A stretch of DNA of 64,000 nucleotides, taken from positions 128,001 through 192,000 of the forward strand of contig JBDHZC010000003.1 in assembly GCA_039811685.1 (NCBI GenBank). The letters are read 5' to 3'. Under the pieces are notes generated by a model. It did not search any database. It saw only the letters and a program-made list of their open reading frames with translations, and was not told the origin of the DNA. This document shows positions 1 to 8,739 of the stretch, in pieces; position 1 is the first letter of the stretch, and each line of letters opens with the position of its first letter. Made by a program: the position numbers and the translations under genes. The stretch is from Armatimonadota bacterium. GTDB lineage: Bacteria > Armatimonadota > UBA5829 > DSUL01.

Positions 1-1503
1 CTGACCGGATGGGCCAACGGAAGCAACCCCGTATATACGGTTGACAACGCCTATCCGTCCCCCGGCACTGCCCGGAGCGGGCTGCACTGGGCGGGAGCCT
101 CTTGCGCGTATTCAAGCGGAGTCAAGACGCCAGAGTTGCGCCAGACTGTCAGTGTGACCCCGGGCGTGCGTTACTATCTGTCCGCCTGGGTCAACACACA
201 GGACAGTCCAAATTCGTGTTCGGCTTATCTACAATTCAAGGACGGCGCTCCCCCTTCGCAGGACGGTGAATGTCAGACAGTTCCAGGGCCACTCAGCTCC
301 CTTACTGCCAACTCCACCGGGTGGCAGCGCTTGAGCGGAGTCGTTCAACCCTCTACGAATCAACTCACGATCTGTCTTAAACTGTCGTGGGCGTGCGATG
401 GCGCGGGTGGCGGTGGAAACTGGGACGCCGTAGAGATTCGTTCCGGAGCCTCAGCGTCTGAGTTGTCCAATGACATCGCGACGTGGAATGCTGTTGCGAA
501 CGCAGACGGATATCTTCTTGTCGCCGTGGACACTGTCGGCAATTCCTCCAGTGCCCTGTCAGTTCCGGCGCCGTCAATTGACGACGAAGCGCCAGTGACC
601 ACGGCCTCCGCGCCCGCGACTGCGACGGGAGTGGTCAAGGTTGACTGGACGGCTTCCGATACCGGTTGCAGCGGACAAATTGCGACAGGCAGCGTCCGTT
701 TGTTTGCTCGCAAAAGCACGGGCGTCTGGGCTGATAGTGGCCTTTCCGGACAGAGTGGCAACTCCGGGAGCTTCCTTTACATTCCATCTGAGGGAAGCGG
801 GGACTACTACTTCGCAGTTGTCGCTTCCGATACAGCCGGCAATAGTTTGGCGGCGCCCTCAAGTGGAAGTGGCGCCGGTCAGACGGCGTGCACTGTTACT
901 CAGGGCACTCTCGTACAGCGCATCGGACAGCTCTGGAGTATGCCGGATGGTGTCGCGATTGCGCTTGCGGACAAGATAGTCTCCGCAAGCCTGGCGCAAG
1001 GCTTTGTGGTGCAGGAAAGCGACCGCTCCGCCGGCGTGCGTGTGTCGAGTTCTCAAGGCTCTTCCGCTGGTCAGACTGTGGCTATCGGTGGAGTGCTGGG
1101 TACCCAGGGATTGGAGCGTTACGTGGCAGCAGATACCGTGTATCTGCTCAACTCCGCATCGGCGCCGCAGCCTCTGTATCTCAGGCACAGAGATCTGGGC
1201 GGCACAACTGGTCTCGCGCCAACGCCAGGGGTCTCAGGGGCAATTTCACTGTTCAACGTCGGACTACTGGTGAAAGTCTCAGGAATTGTGACCTACGCGG
1301 AGGCGGGTTCCTTCTATCTTGACGACGGGAGCGGACTTCTGGACGGAAGTGGCCATCGCGGTGTCAGAGCCTATTCCAGCAAGCAAGTGTTGACTGGCGA
1401 TTTCGTTACGGTCACAGGTATCTGCGGTCTGGAAGCTGCGCCTGCTGGCGCCAGGGCTGTTGTCCGCGCCCGCTCTGACTCGGACGTGACAGTATTGAAC
1501 TGA
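1..1503 (+). CDS. Large exported protein, 5'-partial; carbohydrate-binding-like and Ig-like domains plus the recurring C-terminal OB-fold-like domain
   Basis: Frame is open from base 1. Ser/Gly/Thr-rich beta-strand domains. Ends NVGLLVKVSGIVT...FYLDDGSG...GVR...GDFVTVTG...R...DV, as do the ORFs at 6116 and 50313. Confidence 0.75.
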   Translation: MTGWANGSNPVYTVDNAYPSPGTARSGLHWAGASCAYSSGVKTPELRQTVSVTPGVRYYLSAWVNTQDSPNSCSAYLQFKDGAPPSQDGECQTVPGPLSSLTANSTGWQRLSGVVQPSTNQLTICLKLSWACDGAGGGGNWDAVEIRSGASASELSNDIATWNAVANADGYLLVAVDTVGNSSSALSVPAPSIDDEAPVTTASAPATATGVVKVDWTASDTGCSGQIATGSVRLFARKSTGVWADSGLSGQSGNSGSFLYIPSEGSGDYYFAVVASDTAGNSLAAPSSGSGAGQTACTVTQGTLVQRIGQLWSMPDGVAIALADKIVSASLAQGFVVQESDRSAGVRVSSSQGSSAGQTVAIGGVLGTQGLERYVAADTVYLLNSASAPQPLYLRHRDLGGTTGLAPTPGVSGAISLFNVGLLVKVSGIVTYAEAGSFYLDDGSGLLDGSGHRGVRAYSSKQVLTGDFVTVTGICGLEAAPAGARAVVRARSDSDVTVLN

Positions 1504-1577
1504 GGCATTTGTGCAGCCAGGCAGGGAGAGCTTTGTTGGTTGTCGCACATTGAGATAACTCTTGAAGCGAGGCAGCC

Positions 1578-2837
1578 ATGATTTCGAAACAGAAAACTCC
1601 TTTGGCTATTGACGGCGGTGAACCTGTGCGAAAGCGGCCATTTCCCACAATCAACGACGCTTCCGGGCGCACGCTGGGCAGTGAAGAGCTTGACAACCTG
1701 CGTCAGGTCATTGATTCTGGCAAGCTGTTTCGCTTCGCCGGGAATTTTGTCTCAGAATTTGAGCGAGATCTCGCCAGCCTGTTGAACATGAAGCACGCGG
1801 TGGCCGTTTCCTCCGGTACGGCGGCGATTCACACCGCACTGGCAACTCTCAATCTGAATCCGGGTGATGAAGTGATTGTCCCTCCCATCACCGACATGGG
1901 AACCATTGCGCCAGTGCTGGCGCTCAATCTCGTGCCCGTGTTCGCAGATGTGGACGAGCGAACGCTGACACTGGACCCGGAGTCCGTCACAGAGCGCATC
2001 ACAGAGCGCACACGCGCGATTGTCGCCGTCCATCTCGCGGGAAATATGTGTGATATGGACGTCCTCAAGAGCGTTGCTGGGGCCCACAGCATACGCCTGG
2101 TCGAAGACTGCGCCCAGGCGTACCTGAGCGCGGACAACGGCCGCCTAAGTGGAACCATCGGCGATATCGCTGCCTTCAGCCTCCAGCAGAGCAAGCATGT
2201 CACGGCGGGTGACGGAGGCGCTGTTGTGACCTCAGACGACGACCTTGCGCGTCGAGCTGCTATGTTCATGGACAAGGGCTGGGATCGTGCCAGGGGCGGG
2301 CGTCACTACATCTTGCTCGGGCTGAATTACCGGATGAATGAATTGACCGGAGCAGTGGCGGCGGCGCAGATAAAGAAAGTGGAGGGCGTGGTGCAGTCAC
2401 GCCGCGAGTCTGCCACGGCGCTCAGCGCCGCTATACGAGATCTGCCTGGCGTTGTCGTTCCGTATGTCCGGCCGGGCGTCCAGCACTCGTGGTGGTTCTA
2501 TCCGATGCTGTGGGACCAGGCTCAATCTCGGTTCAACGCGCAGGAAGCCGCCGCAGCAATGCAGGCGGAGGGCATTCCGGCTTCTTACGGCTATATTGGG
2601 AAGCCAATCTTCGACAACCCATTCATGCAGGAGCGCAAAACCTACGGGGACTCAACATATCCGTGGGGCTCAGATGGACGCGACATTATCTATCGAAATG
2701 AAGATGTGCCCCGAACATGCCGCGCTCTGGAGCGGCTGATTGTGCTGCCGATTAACGAGAACTTCACGGCGCAGGATGTCGCGGATATGGCGGAAGGCGT
2801 GCGCAAAGTCGCTCTCACCGGATCATTGGACTCCTGA
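1578..2837 (+). CDS. DegT/DnrJ/EryC1/StrS family PLP-dependent aminotransferase
   Basis: Motifs AVSSGTAAIH, GDEVIVP, VEDCAQA, FSLQQSKHVTAGDGG and NYRMNE; GAGG ribosome-binding site. Confidence 0.92.
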   Translation: MISKQKTPLAIDGGEPVRKRPFPTINDASGRTLGSEELDNLRQVIDSGKLFRFAGNFVSEFERDLASLLNMKHAVAVSSGTAAIHTALATLNLNPGDEVIVPPITDMGTIAPVLALNLVPVFADVDERTLTLDPESVTERITERTRAIVAVHLAGNMCDMDVLKSVAGAHSIRLVEDCAQAYLSADNGRLSGTIGDIAAFSLQQSKHVTAGDGGAVVTSDDDLARRAAMFMDKGWDRARGGRHYILLGLNYRMNELTGAVAAAQIKKVEGVVQSRRESATALSAAIRDLPGVVVPYVRPGVQHSWWFYPMLWDQAQSRFNAQEAAAAMQAEGIPASYGYIGKPIFDNPFMQERKTYGDSTYPWGSDGRDIIYRNEDVPRTCRALERLIVLPINENFTAQDVADMAEGVRKVALTGSLDS

Positions 2838-2947
2838 CAGTGTTGACGCCTGCCCATTGGGCGTCTCGTCAGTGTTGCCCCTGAGTTGGAAATCTGATAC
2901 AGTGCTGTCGGTTTTTCGACTCCTCCGCGAAGAAAGGAATCCTCCGC

Positions 2948-3778
2948 TTGAATCTTTTTCAGGCTGCCGTTCTGGGTGCAGTCCAGGGTGCGACCGAGTT
3001 CATACCCGTCTCAAGCACCGGGCATCTCATTCTGATTCCCTACATTCTGGGCTGGCCGAAGGCGGGGCTGACATTTGATCTGGCCGCCCACGTGGGCACG
3101 CTTGTTGCCTTGCTGTGGTACTTCTGGCAGGAATGGGTTCTGATTTACACGTCCCTCGTGCGGGTCATTATGAACGCTGGCAAGTGCGACCAGGCGACGC
3201 GGCACAGAGCATCGGTAGGCGTCTGGATTCTTCTGGCGTCCATACCTGCTGCGCTGGCCGGTGTTGCCCTTGACAAGTTTGTCGAAGAGACGCTTCACAA
3301 AAGCTACGTCTTTATCGCGCTCAGCACAGGACTCGTTGCTTTCGTCATGCTGGCGGCGGACAGGCTGGGGCGCAAGAATCGCTCGTGGGGAGAAGCGGGT
3401 CTGCGCGATTGGCTTGGAATAGGCATAGCTCAGGCTCTGGCTCTGTTGCCGGGTGTATCCCGGTCAGGCATCACAATCAGCGCAGGGCTTGCGGAAGGGC
3501 TGGACAGACCGGCTGCCGCGCGCTGCAGCTTCCTCCTTTCGGCGCCTATCATCGGCGGGGCCGCAGCAATGCACATCGTAAAAGATGTCCTCCACGGTGG
3601 CATACCCTCCAGTGAGCTCAAACTTTTTGCTGTCGCGGCGCTTACTTCGGGGCTGGTAGGGTATCTCTGTATTAGATTTTTACTGAACTATCTGCGTCAG
3701 CATACGCTCGTACCTTTTGTGTGGTATCGGGTTGTTCTGGCGCTGTTTATTCTCAGCCTGGTGTTTGTACGCAGGTAG
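2948..3778 (+). CDS. uppP: Undecaprenyl-diphosphate phosphatase (BacA/UppP)
   Basis: Signature motifs QGATEFIPVSSTGHL and ALLPGVSRSGITI; AAAGGA upstream of the TTG start. Confidence 0.95.
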   Translation: MNLFQAAVLGAVQGATEFIPVSSTGHLILIPYILGWPKAGLTFDLAAHVGTLVALLWYFWQEWVLIYTSLVRVIMNAGKCDQATRHRASVGVWILLASIPAALAGVALDKFVEETLHKSYVFIALSTGLVAFVMLAADRLGRKNRSWGEAGLRDWLGIGIAQALALLPGVSRSGITISAGLAEGLDRPAAARCSFLLSAPIIGGAAAMHIVKDVLHGGIPSSELKLFAVAALTSGLVGYLCIRFLLNYLRQHTLVPFVWYRVVLALFILSLVFVRR

Positions 3779-3790
3779 CCGCTGGATGCG

Positions 3791-4972
3791 GTGCACGGTG
3801 GTAGGACGCTGAAAGGGATGCCATCTCCAATAGCTTCTCCGCTTGAGCAGACGAAATGGGATAAATGGGCACAGGCGCTCGCAACGCGCTACGACGCGGA
3901 CACAGAGCTTGCGCTTCTCAGCGGCAGCGTCTCGGACTGGAGTGTGTGCGTAAAGGAACTTCACGAGCGCCGCCTGTCCGGCGCCGTCTGGACGACCTTC
4001 CGGGACCAGGGGCTCCAGCGTCTTCTTCCCCAGTCCGTACAGCAGAGCTTTTCGCACGAATGGTCGCGGGCTGTGCGGATGAACTCCGAGTCTCACGCTC
4101 CTGTGAGCCGCCTTGCCGCTCTCCTGGACAACGAGCGCATCCCGTGGGTTCTGCTCAAAATCCCCTCAGCGTCTGATTTCCTTTACTTCCCTGAACCAGC
4201 GGACTACGTCGCCACGTCAGTTGTGCTCACCAAACCTGAAAGCTACAACCGGACACTCAAGCTGCTTGCGAAAAATCAGTGGGAGCTCAGAGAAGACATG
4301 CCGCCAGAGTACACGGCGCTCGGAAGCGCCACTCTGACACACATCTCACACGGCGCGGCTCAGGTGAGAGTCCTGTGCCATCTCTGGAGTCCTCTGGCGA
4401 GGCCCAGCGAAGAGGTTCTGTGGGAGAGCCTGGAAAAGGCAGACCTGGACGAGCGCAGCGTGCAGCTGCTTGGGTCTGCCGATAGGGCTTTGTGGAGCGC
4501 TGTGGGCAGTGTATTTGATCGCAGGCTCCACGAGACCTGGCAGCTTCTCGACATCGCACTGGCCCTTGGACGTCTGGATCGGGAAGGTTGGCTGCTTCTC
4601 CTGGATCATGCTCAGCGGATGGATGTTCTGCCAGAGGCCAGTATGGCAATTCAGGCGTGTGCTCACCGCACGGACCTGAGGCCGCCACCGGGAGTTTCTG
4701 ACTTCATTGCGCAGGCGATGCCAAAGGGCCGGCGCGCTCAGATCCCTTCACTCATGTTCAGAGAGGACGCATCAACCACAGACTTGACTCTCGCGCGAAT
4801 CTCGCTTCTACATACGCGCTCCGAGCGCCGTCATTACTGTCACTTTGCCAAATCGCCGCCTTATGGATGGCGTGAAGAGCATCGGAAGTATGAGCCGGAT
4901 GACCTGCTGTGTGAAAAGCCGTTCAAAGGGTTCTGGGGAGCATTGCGCCATATCCTGTGCGGTTGGTGGTAA
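3791..4972 (+). CDS. Nucleotidyltransferase-like protein (NTP_transf_5-like), catalytic motif apparently degenerate; start uncertain
   Basis: IPWVLLK...LYFPEP, V..H.W and W.LLDIA segments resemble the family layout, but the usual DxD is absent. Confidence 0.5.
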   Translation: MHGGRTLKGMPSPIASPLEQTKWDKWAQALATRYDADTELALLSGSVSDWSVCVKELHERRLSGAVWTTFRDQGLQRLLPQSVQQSFSHEWSRAVRMNSESHAPVSRLAALLDNERIPWVLLKIPSASDFLYFPEPADYVATSVVLTKPESYNRTLKLLAKNQWELREDMPPEYTALGSATLTHISHGAAQVRVLCHLWSPLARPSEEVLWESLEKADLDERSVQLLGSADRALWSAVGSVFDRRLHETWQLLDIALALGRLDREGWLLLLDHAQRMDVLPEASMAIQACAHRTDLRPPPGVSDFIAQAMPKGRRAQIPSLMFREDASTTDLTLARISLLHTRSERRHYCHFAKSPPYGWREEHRKYEPDDLLCEKPFKGFWGALRHILCGWW

Positions 4973-5036
4973 CCTTCAGGAAGCGCCGCAAAAAACCGAT
5001 GGATAAAAAGCAGGATAGCTTACTAACTTGTGGAAG

Positions 5037-5045
5037 TGATATAAT
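5037..5045 (+). promoter_or_regulatory. Extended -10 promoter element (TGnTATAAT)
   Basis: TGATATAAT in an AT-rich intergenic stretch, about 425 nt upstream of the TRAM gene. Confidence 0.55.
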
Positions 5046-5470
5046 AATAGCGTAAGCATTTCATGCCAGTGTGATCAGAAGATTGGCGCTGGCTTTTGGG
5101 ACGCTGGAGGCGGCGAGACGGACTTGATACCATATCGCACAATTCCCGATTCGGAGCAAGGACCACTGGTCTTGTTTCGGGCAGCACGGCTGCTCACACT
5201 GAGTAGAGCCGTGCTCGCTGACCTCCTCTCCGCTCCTCTCCCCTCTTCTCGTTATCTTCTTCGTGTTCACCTGACTGTCCGCTCTTTTGTGACTCTTTGC
5301 ACCCGTACCACTGTTACCGCTTTTCTGCCGCTCTTCGCGTCAGAGACAGTCAGGCTTCTTGTCCAGCCAGCGCCTGCCTATTCGCACGGCGCTAATCGTG
5401 ATCTGCAGCGTCTTGTTCCGGTCACAAGGCCGGGCGGGCGCTGTTTGTTTCTTCGGAGGAATAGCAACTG

Positions 5471-5683
5471 ATGAAAAAATACCATCGCGGTGATGAGATG
5501 AGTGTTTGTGTGGAACGAACGGGTCTGGAGCCCCAGGAAGGAATCGCACATCTTCCTGACGACACCATGGTTATCGTGCTTGGTGCTGGTGACCGTGTTG
5601 GGCAGAGGTGCGACGTTGTGATCACGAGCGACATTCAGACGTCCCTGGGAGACTCGCTCATCGCCTCGTTGAAGGCCAGCTAG
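5471..5683 (+). CDS. Stand-alone TRAM-domain protein (resembles the YacL/PIN-TRAM C-terminus)
   Basis: Sequence G.EPQEGIAHLPDDTMVIVLGA...VG....VVITSDIQTSLG; GGAGG ribosome-binding site. Confidence 0.8.
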   Translation: MKKYHRGDEMSVCVERTGLEPQEGIAHLPDDTMVIVLGAGDRVGQRCDVVITSDIQTSLGDSLIASLKAS

Positions 5684-5905
5684 GCGCAGTTCACTAATGC
5701 CAATCTGAAGCCACAGCGCTCACAGGCCAGCTCTTCCGGAGTCTTTGTGATCAGAGACTGCGGTTAGTGGTCGGTAGAGCCTGAGCGCAGCAGTGGTGAT
5801 TGGAGTGACGTTCAGAGCAGGCGGCCTCTCAACAATCCGCGATTGCATCGAACGTATATGATGGAGCCGGGATGAGCCCGGCGAAAACTGGAGAACTTCA
5901 CTGAG

Positions 5906-5937
5906 AAGGCCCGGGCGGCAGTAGCCCGGGCCTTTTT
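5906..5937 (+). terminator. Intrinsic terminator, possibly bidirectional
   Basis: AAGGCCCGGGC-loop-GCCCGGGCCTT running into a T tract, between convergent genes. Confidence 0.8.
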
Positions 5938-6115
5938 CTGCCACAGTCACAATCAGTCTGAAAGCTCCCGCGTTTCAGCTCGCTTTATCCCACGTCACTC
6001 ATCCCTGCTGCGTGTGGTGTACTCTTGCGTTTATTTTGAGGCTCTCACACGTTGGCAGTAAGGCGCTCTGCCCGACAGGTAAGCAGGTGCTCGACGGTGA
6101 GACTCTGCTAAACCG

Positions 6116-7063
6116 TTACTGGACTTTTGTCTGGATATCTCCCGCCTCGCGCACCCTCAGAAGAGAGTAGAGGTTGTTGCCGACCTTCTCGCAACTGCTG
6201 ATGCCAGTTACCGTGACCAGCTCATTTATATTCGGCAGGGTCAGTCCTGGCGCCCATACACGCACCCCATTATTCCCGTCTGCCGCCGTAATGGAGGAGC
6301 CGTCCCAGACAGTGAACGTGTTAGCCGTTTCGTCAACGGATGTCACATGGCCGCATATTTGAACGAGAAGGCCAATGTTGTTAAGGCCGTAGGAGCCGAA
6401 AACTCCTCGCTGACCCTTCCCGGTCGCGAGATCATAGAACCAGTCCCCTCCACCGAGAGCATCTGTGATCAACGTCAGCGGCTCTGGGCGGGCGCCGGAT
6501 TTCAGGACAGCAACTCTGGTCGGCTGAACATACCTTTCAAGATCGGCATTGGTCTGAATTGTGCCTGCGGAGCGGATGCTGTCGCCTGGATGGACCGGTG
6601 CTGAAGAGGCAAACCTAATGCCTCCACTGCGCATCTCGTCCTGCGCATAAAAGAAGCCGTCCCAGACCGCTGTCACCACTAGCGGAAGCTCGTAGAGAAT
6701 TTCGCTGTCGGCAAGCTTCTTCGCGGCCAGTAACCCACCAGCGTACGCGGAAAACTCCCGGCTGATGGCATCTACAGGCGAAGCCGATGAATCTTGCCCG
6801 ACGTAGGCCGTGAACTCCCGGCTGATGGCATCTACAGGCGAAGCCGATGAATCTTGCCCGACGTAGGCCGAGAACTCCCGGCTGATGGCATCTACAGGCG
6901 ATGCAGAGGAGTCTTGCCCGACGTAGGCCGAAAACTCCCGGCTGATCGCATCCACCGGAACTGGTGCGTCCGCCGAGATAGCTATGCACAGACTTGCTAG
7001 AGCAACTGTAAACAGTGCATACATCGAATATTTGAGGTTCCTAGCCAACTCACACCTCATCAC
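6116..7063 (-). CDS. Exported protein with tandem 20-aa repeats and the recurring C-terminal OB-fold-like domain
   Basis: Signal peptide; four copies of PVDAISREF(S/T)AY; C-terminal NNIGLLVQICGHVT...DGS...GVRV...VTVTGIS...R...DI. Confidence 0.8.
   Translation of the reverse strand: MMRCELARNLKYSMYALFTVALASLCIAISADAPVPVDAISREFSAYVGQDSSASPVDAISREFSAYVGQDSSASPVDAISREFTAYVGQDSSASPVDAISREFSAYAGGLLAAKKLADSEILYELPLVVTAVWDGFFYAQDEMRSGGIRFASSAPVHPGDSIRSAGTIQTNADLERYVQPTRVAVLKSGARPEPLTLITDALGGGDWFYDLATGKGQRGVFGSYGLNNIGLLVQICGHVTSVDETANTFTVWDGSSITAADGNNGVRVWAPGLTLPNINELVTVTGISSCEKVGNNLYSLLRVREAGDIQTKVQ
6742..6960 (-). repeat. Intragenic 60-bp tandem repeat, about 3.6 copies
   Basis: Near-identical 60-nt lines visible at 6781, 6841 and 6901 (...tcttgcccgacgtaggccg.aactcccggctgatggcatctacaggcg). 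Confidence 0.95.
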
Positions 7064-7106
7064 CCTCTCAAGAGTCAGACGCCTGGTTACAGCGCCAGCT
7101 CAAACG

Positions 7107-8342
7107 CTATGGCTTTGCCGCACGGACCTGGATCGCGGTAATGCCTTCCGGCAGATTGACGTCACCTTCCCAAGTCGAAGACGAGACATCTCCTGAGGTC
7201 ATCGCGAGGTCCACAAACTGTGCGTTGGCTCCACGTGATATTACCCTGGCCTTGACGATCCACTCCGCGGGTACGTTGGACGCATGCACGACGATGTGCT
7301 GCGAGCCCGCTCCGGTGAAGGCCAGATCTGTTTCGCCAATCGACATACTTGCACGTGGATCGGTGCCAACGGCCTGCCCACCAAGAGATACCACATCTAT
7401 GCGGGGGCGGCTCGCGGCAGGCCAAACGTCGGCTTGTGTTAATGTAGCGGTATCTACTGAAGCCACTGGGCTGACGGTGCCGCCTGCGGCCACGGTGTTT
7501 GCGCGTAGTCGTACTCGTCCTGTTAAAAGACCATCAGCGCCGACTGCAGAAATCTTCCCGGCAATATCTATTGCGTCAGCTACTATTTTTATGGCGCCAC
7601 CGGCGGCGTAGCTGCCGTACGATATGATTGCATCTGCTGTAAGCTGACCCGCAACGGATACGAAACCTGATGCGGCGATCAACAGAGCGCCACCTCCGCT
7701 GCCGCCGCTGCCCACGGTGCCCACGGTGCCGCCGGCTTTGCCTGCTCCGCCACTGCCGCCTATGAGCTGACTCACTAGTGGGTCACCATAGGTCACTGCT
7801 ATGACACTTGCTGGGTACCGGGACCCAGCGACGGCGTAGGAGCCGTTAGCGTAGTCGTAATAGCCCGGATTATAGGAGTTTCCGCCGCCGGGGCCAAACC
7901 CGGGAGAGGAGCCGAGACCCGCTTGCGGACCAAAACCTCCTCGAAAACCACCTGGGCCCGGCTCAACCAGAGTGCCATTAGAGAGACCAGATTTTCCGTT
8001 TAGAGAAACCGTCCCTGCTATACTGACGGTCCCGTTTACCAGCCAGACAACCGGCGCGCGAGAAGGGTGGTTCTTGAACGTGACAGTGCAGCCCGCGGGT
8101 ACGTTAACGGAGGAATATTTGAAGACGACGGCCCACTTCTCCGGGTCGTAAACACCGTTACCGGCTACTGTTGGTGCGCTGTCCCACTGACCAGTGCTTG
8201 CGAGAGACAGGTCAACCACATAACTCGTGCCGGTGGGATTGAAGGCGCCGTCGGACCCGTCTGCGCCCGGAACGACGATATCTGCGGTCGAAAAAGAGGC
8301 GGCAAGCGCCAGTACAAGCGAAGCGAGTAAAGCTCTCAACAT
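7107..8342 (-). CDS. Secreted glycine-rich protein of unknown function
   Basis: Signal peptide; motifs GADGSDGAFNP, GPGGFRGG, LIGGSGG and GGSGGGALLIA; GAGGAGG ribosome-binding site. Confidence 0.8.
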   Translation of the reverse strand: MLRALLASLVLALAASFSTADIVVPGADGSDGAFNPTGTSYVVDLSLASTGQWDSAPTVAGNGVYDPEKWAVVFKYSSVNVPAGCTVTFKNHPSRAPVVWLVNGTVSIAGTVSLNGKSGLSNGTLVEPGPGGFRGGFGPQAGLGSSPGFGPGGGNSYNPGYYDYANGSYAVAGSRYPASVIAVTYGDPLVSQLIGGSGGAGKAGGTVGTVGSGGSGGGALLIAASGFVSVAGQLTADAIISYGSYAAGGAIKIVADAIDIAGKISAVGADGLLTGRVRLRANTVAAGGTVSPVASVDTATLTQADVWPAASRPRIDVVSLGGQAVGTDPRASMSIGETDLAFTGAGSQHIVVHASNVPAEWIVKARVISRGANAQFVDLAMTSGDVSSSTWEGDVNLPEGITAIQVRAAKP

Positions 8343-8491
8343 AATATACCCTCCTCACGGCGGCTGTTCCGGCGCCACTTTTACGGCATGGTCAACCCGG
8401 GCCGGCTGGCTAGCTGAATACAGGAGTCCGCTACGGGGGGTTCTCCTCCCGGAACGCTCCTCACGGCTGCCATAAGCCACCAATCTCACCA

Positions 8492-8520
8492 ACGATAAAG
8501 CACTCTGCGCGTGCTGTCAA
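8492..8520 (-). promoter_or_regulatory. Sigma70-type promoter for the 8342/7063 gene pair
   Basis: Minus strand reads TTGACA-17 nt-TATCGT. Confidence 0.55.
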
Positions 8521-8739
8521 TACTCCTTAGCAAAAAATGCAAGAAAATTTCGCAGCGCCAGCCGCTCTCCGGCCCTCGGAACCGCTCGCAAGAGCCGTGA
8601 CCTCACACCAGCTTGGACAGGTTTCGCCTACCGCGTAGTTCGCTGCAAAGAGGACAGCGCTTAATCCTGGCTGGGTCTGTCTGAGCTTTCTATCCAGTCA
8701 GCCTGCGCTAGGCTTCTGACCGTAGTACAATCCGGTGAT

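Noticed and set aside
5850..5900. Hammerhead ribozyme or NiCo riboswitch (TGATGGA-GCCGGG...CCCGGC-GAAA)
   Set aside because: The core is not CTGANGA, no stem III partner or cleavage triplet is present, and NiCo 3' motifs are missing.
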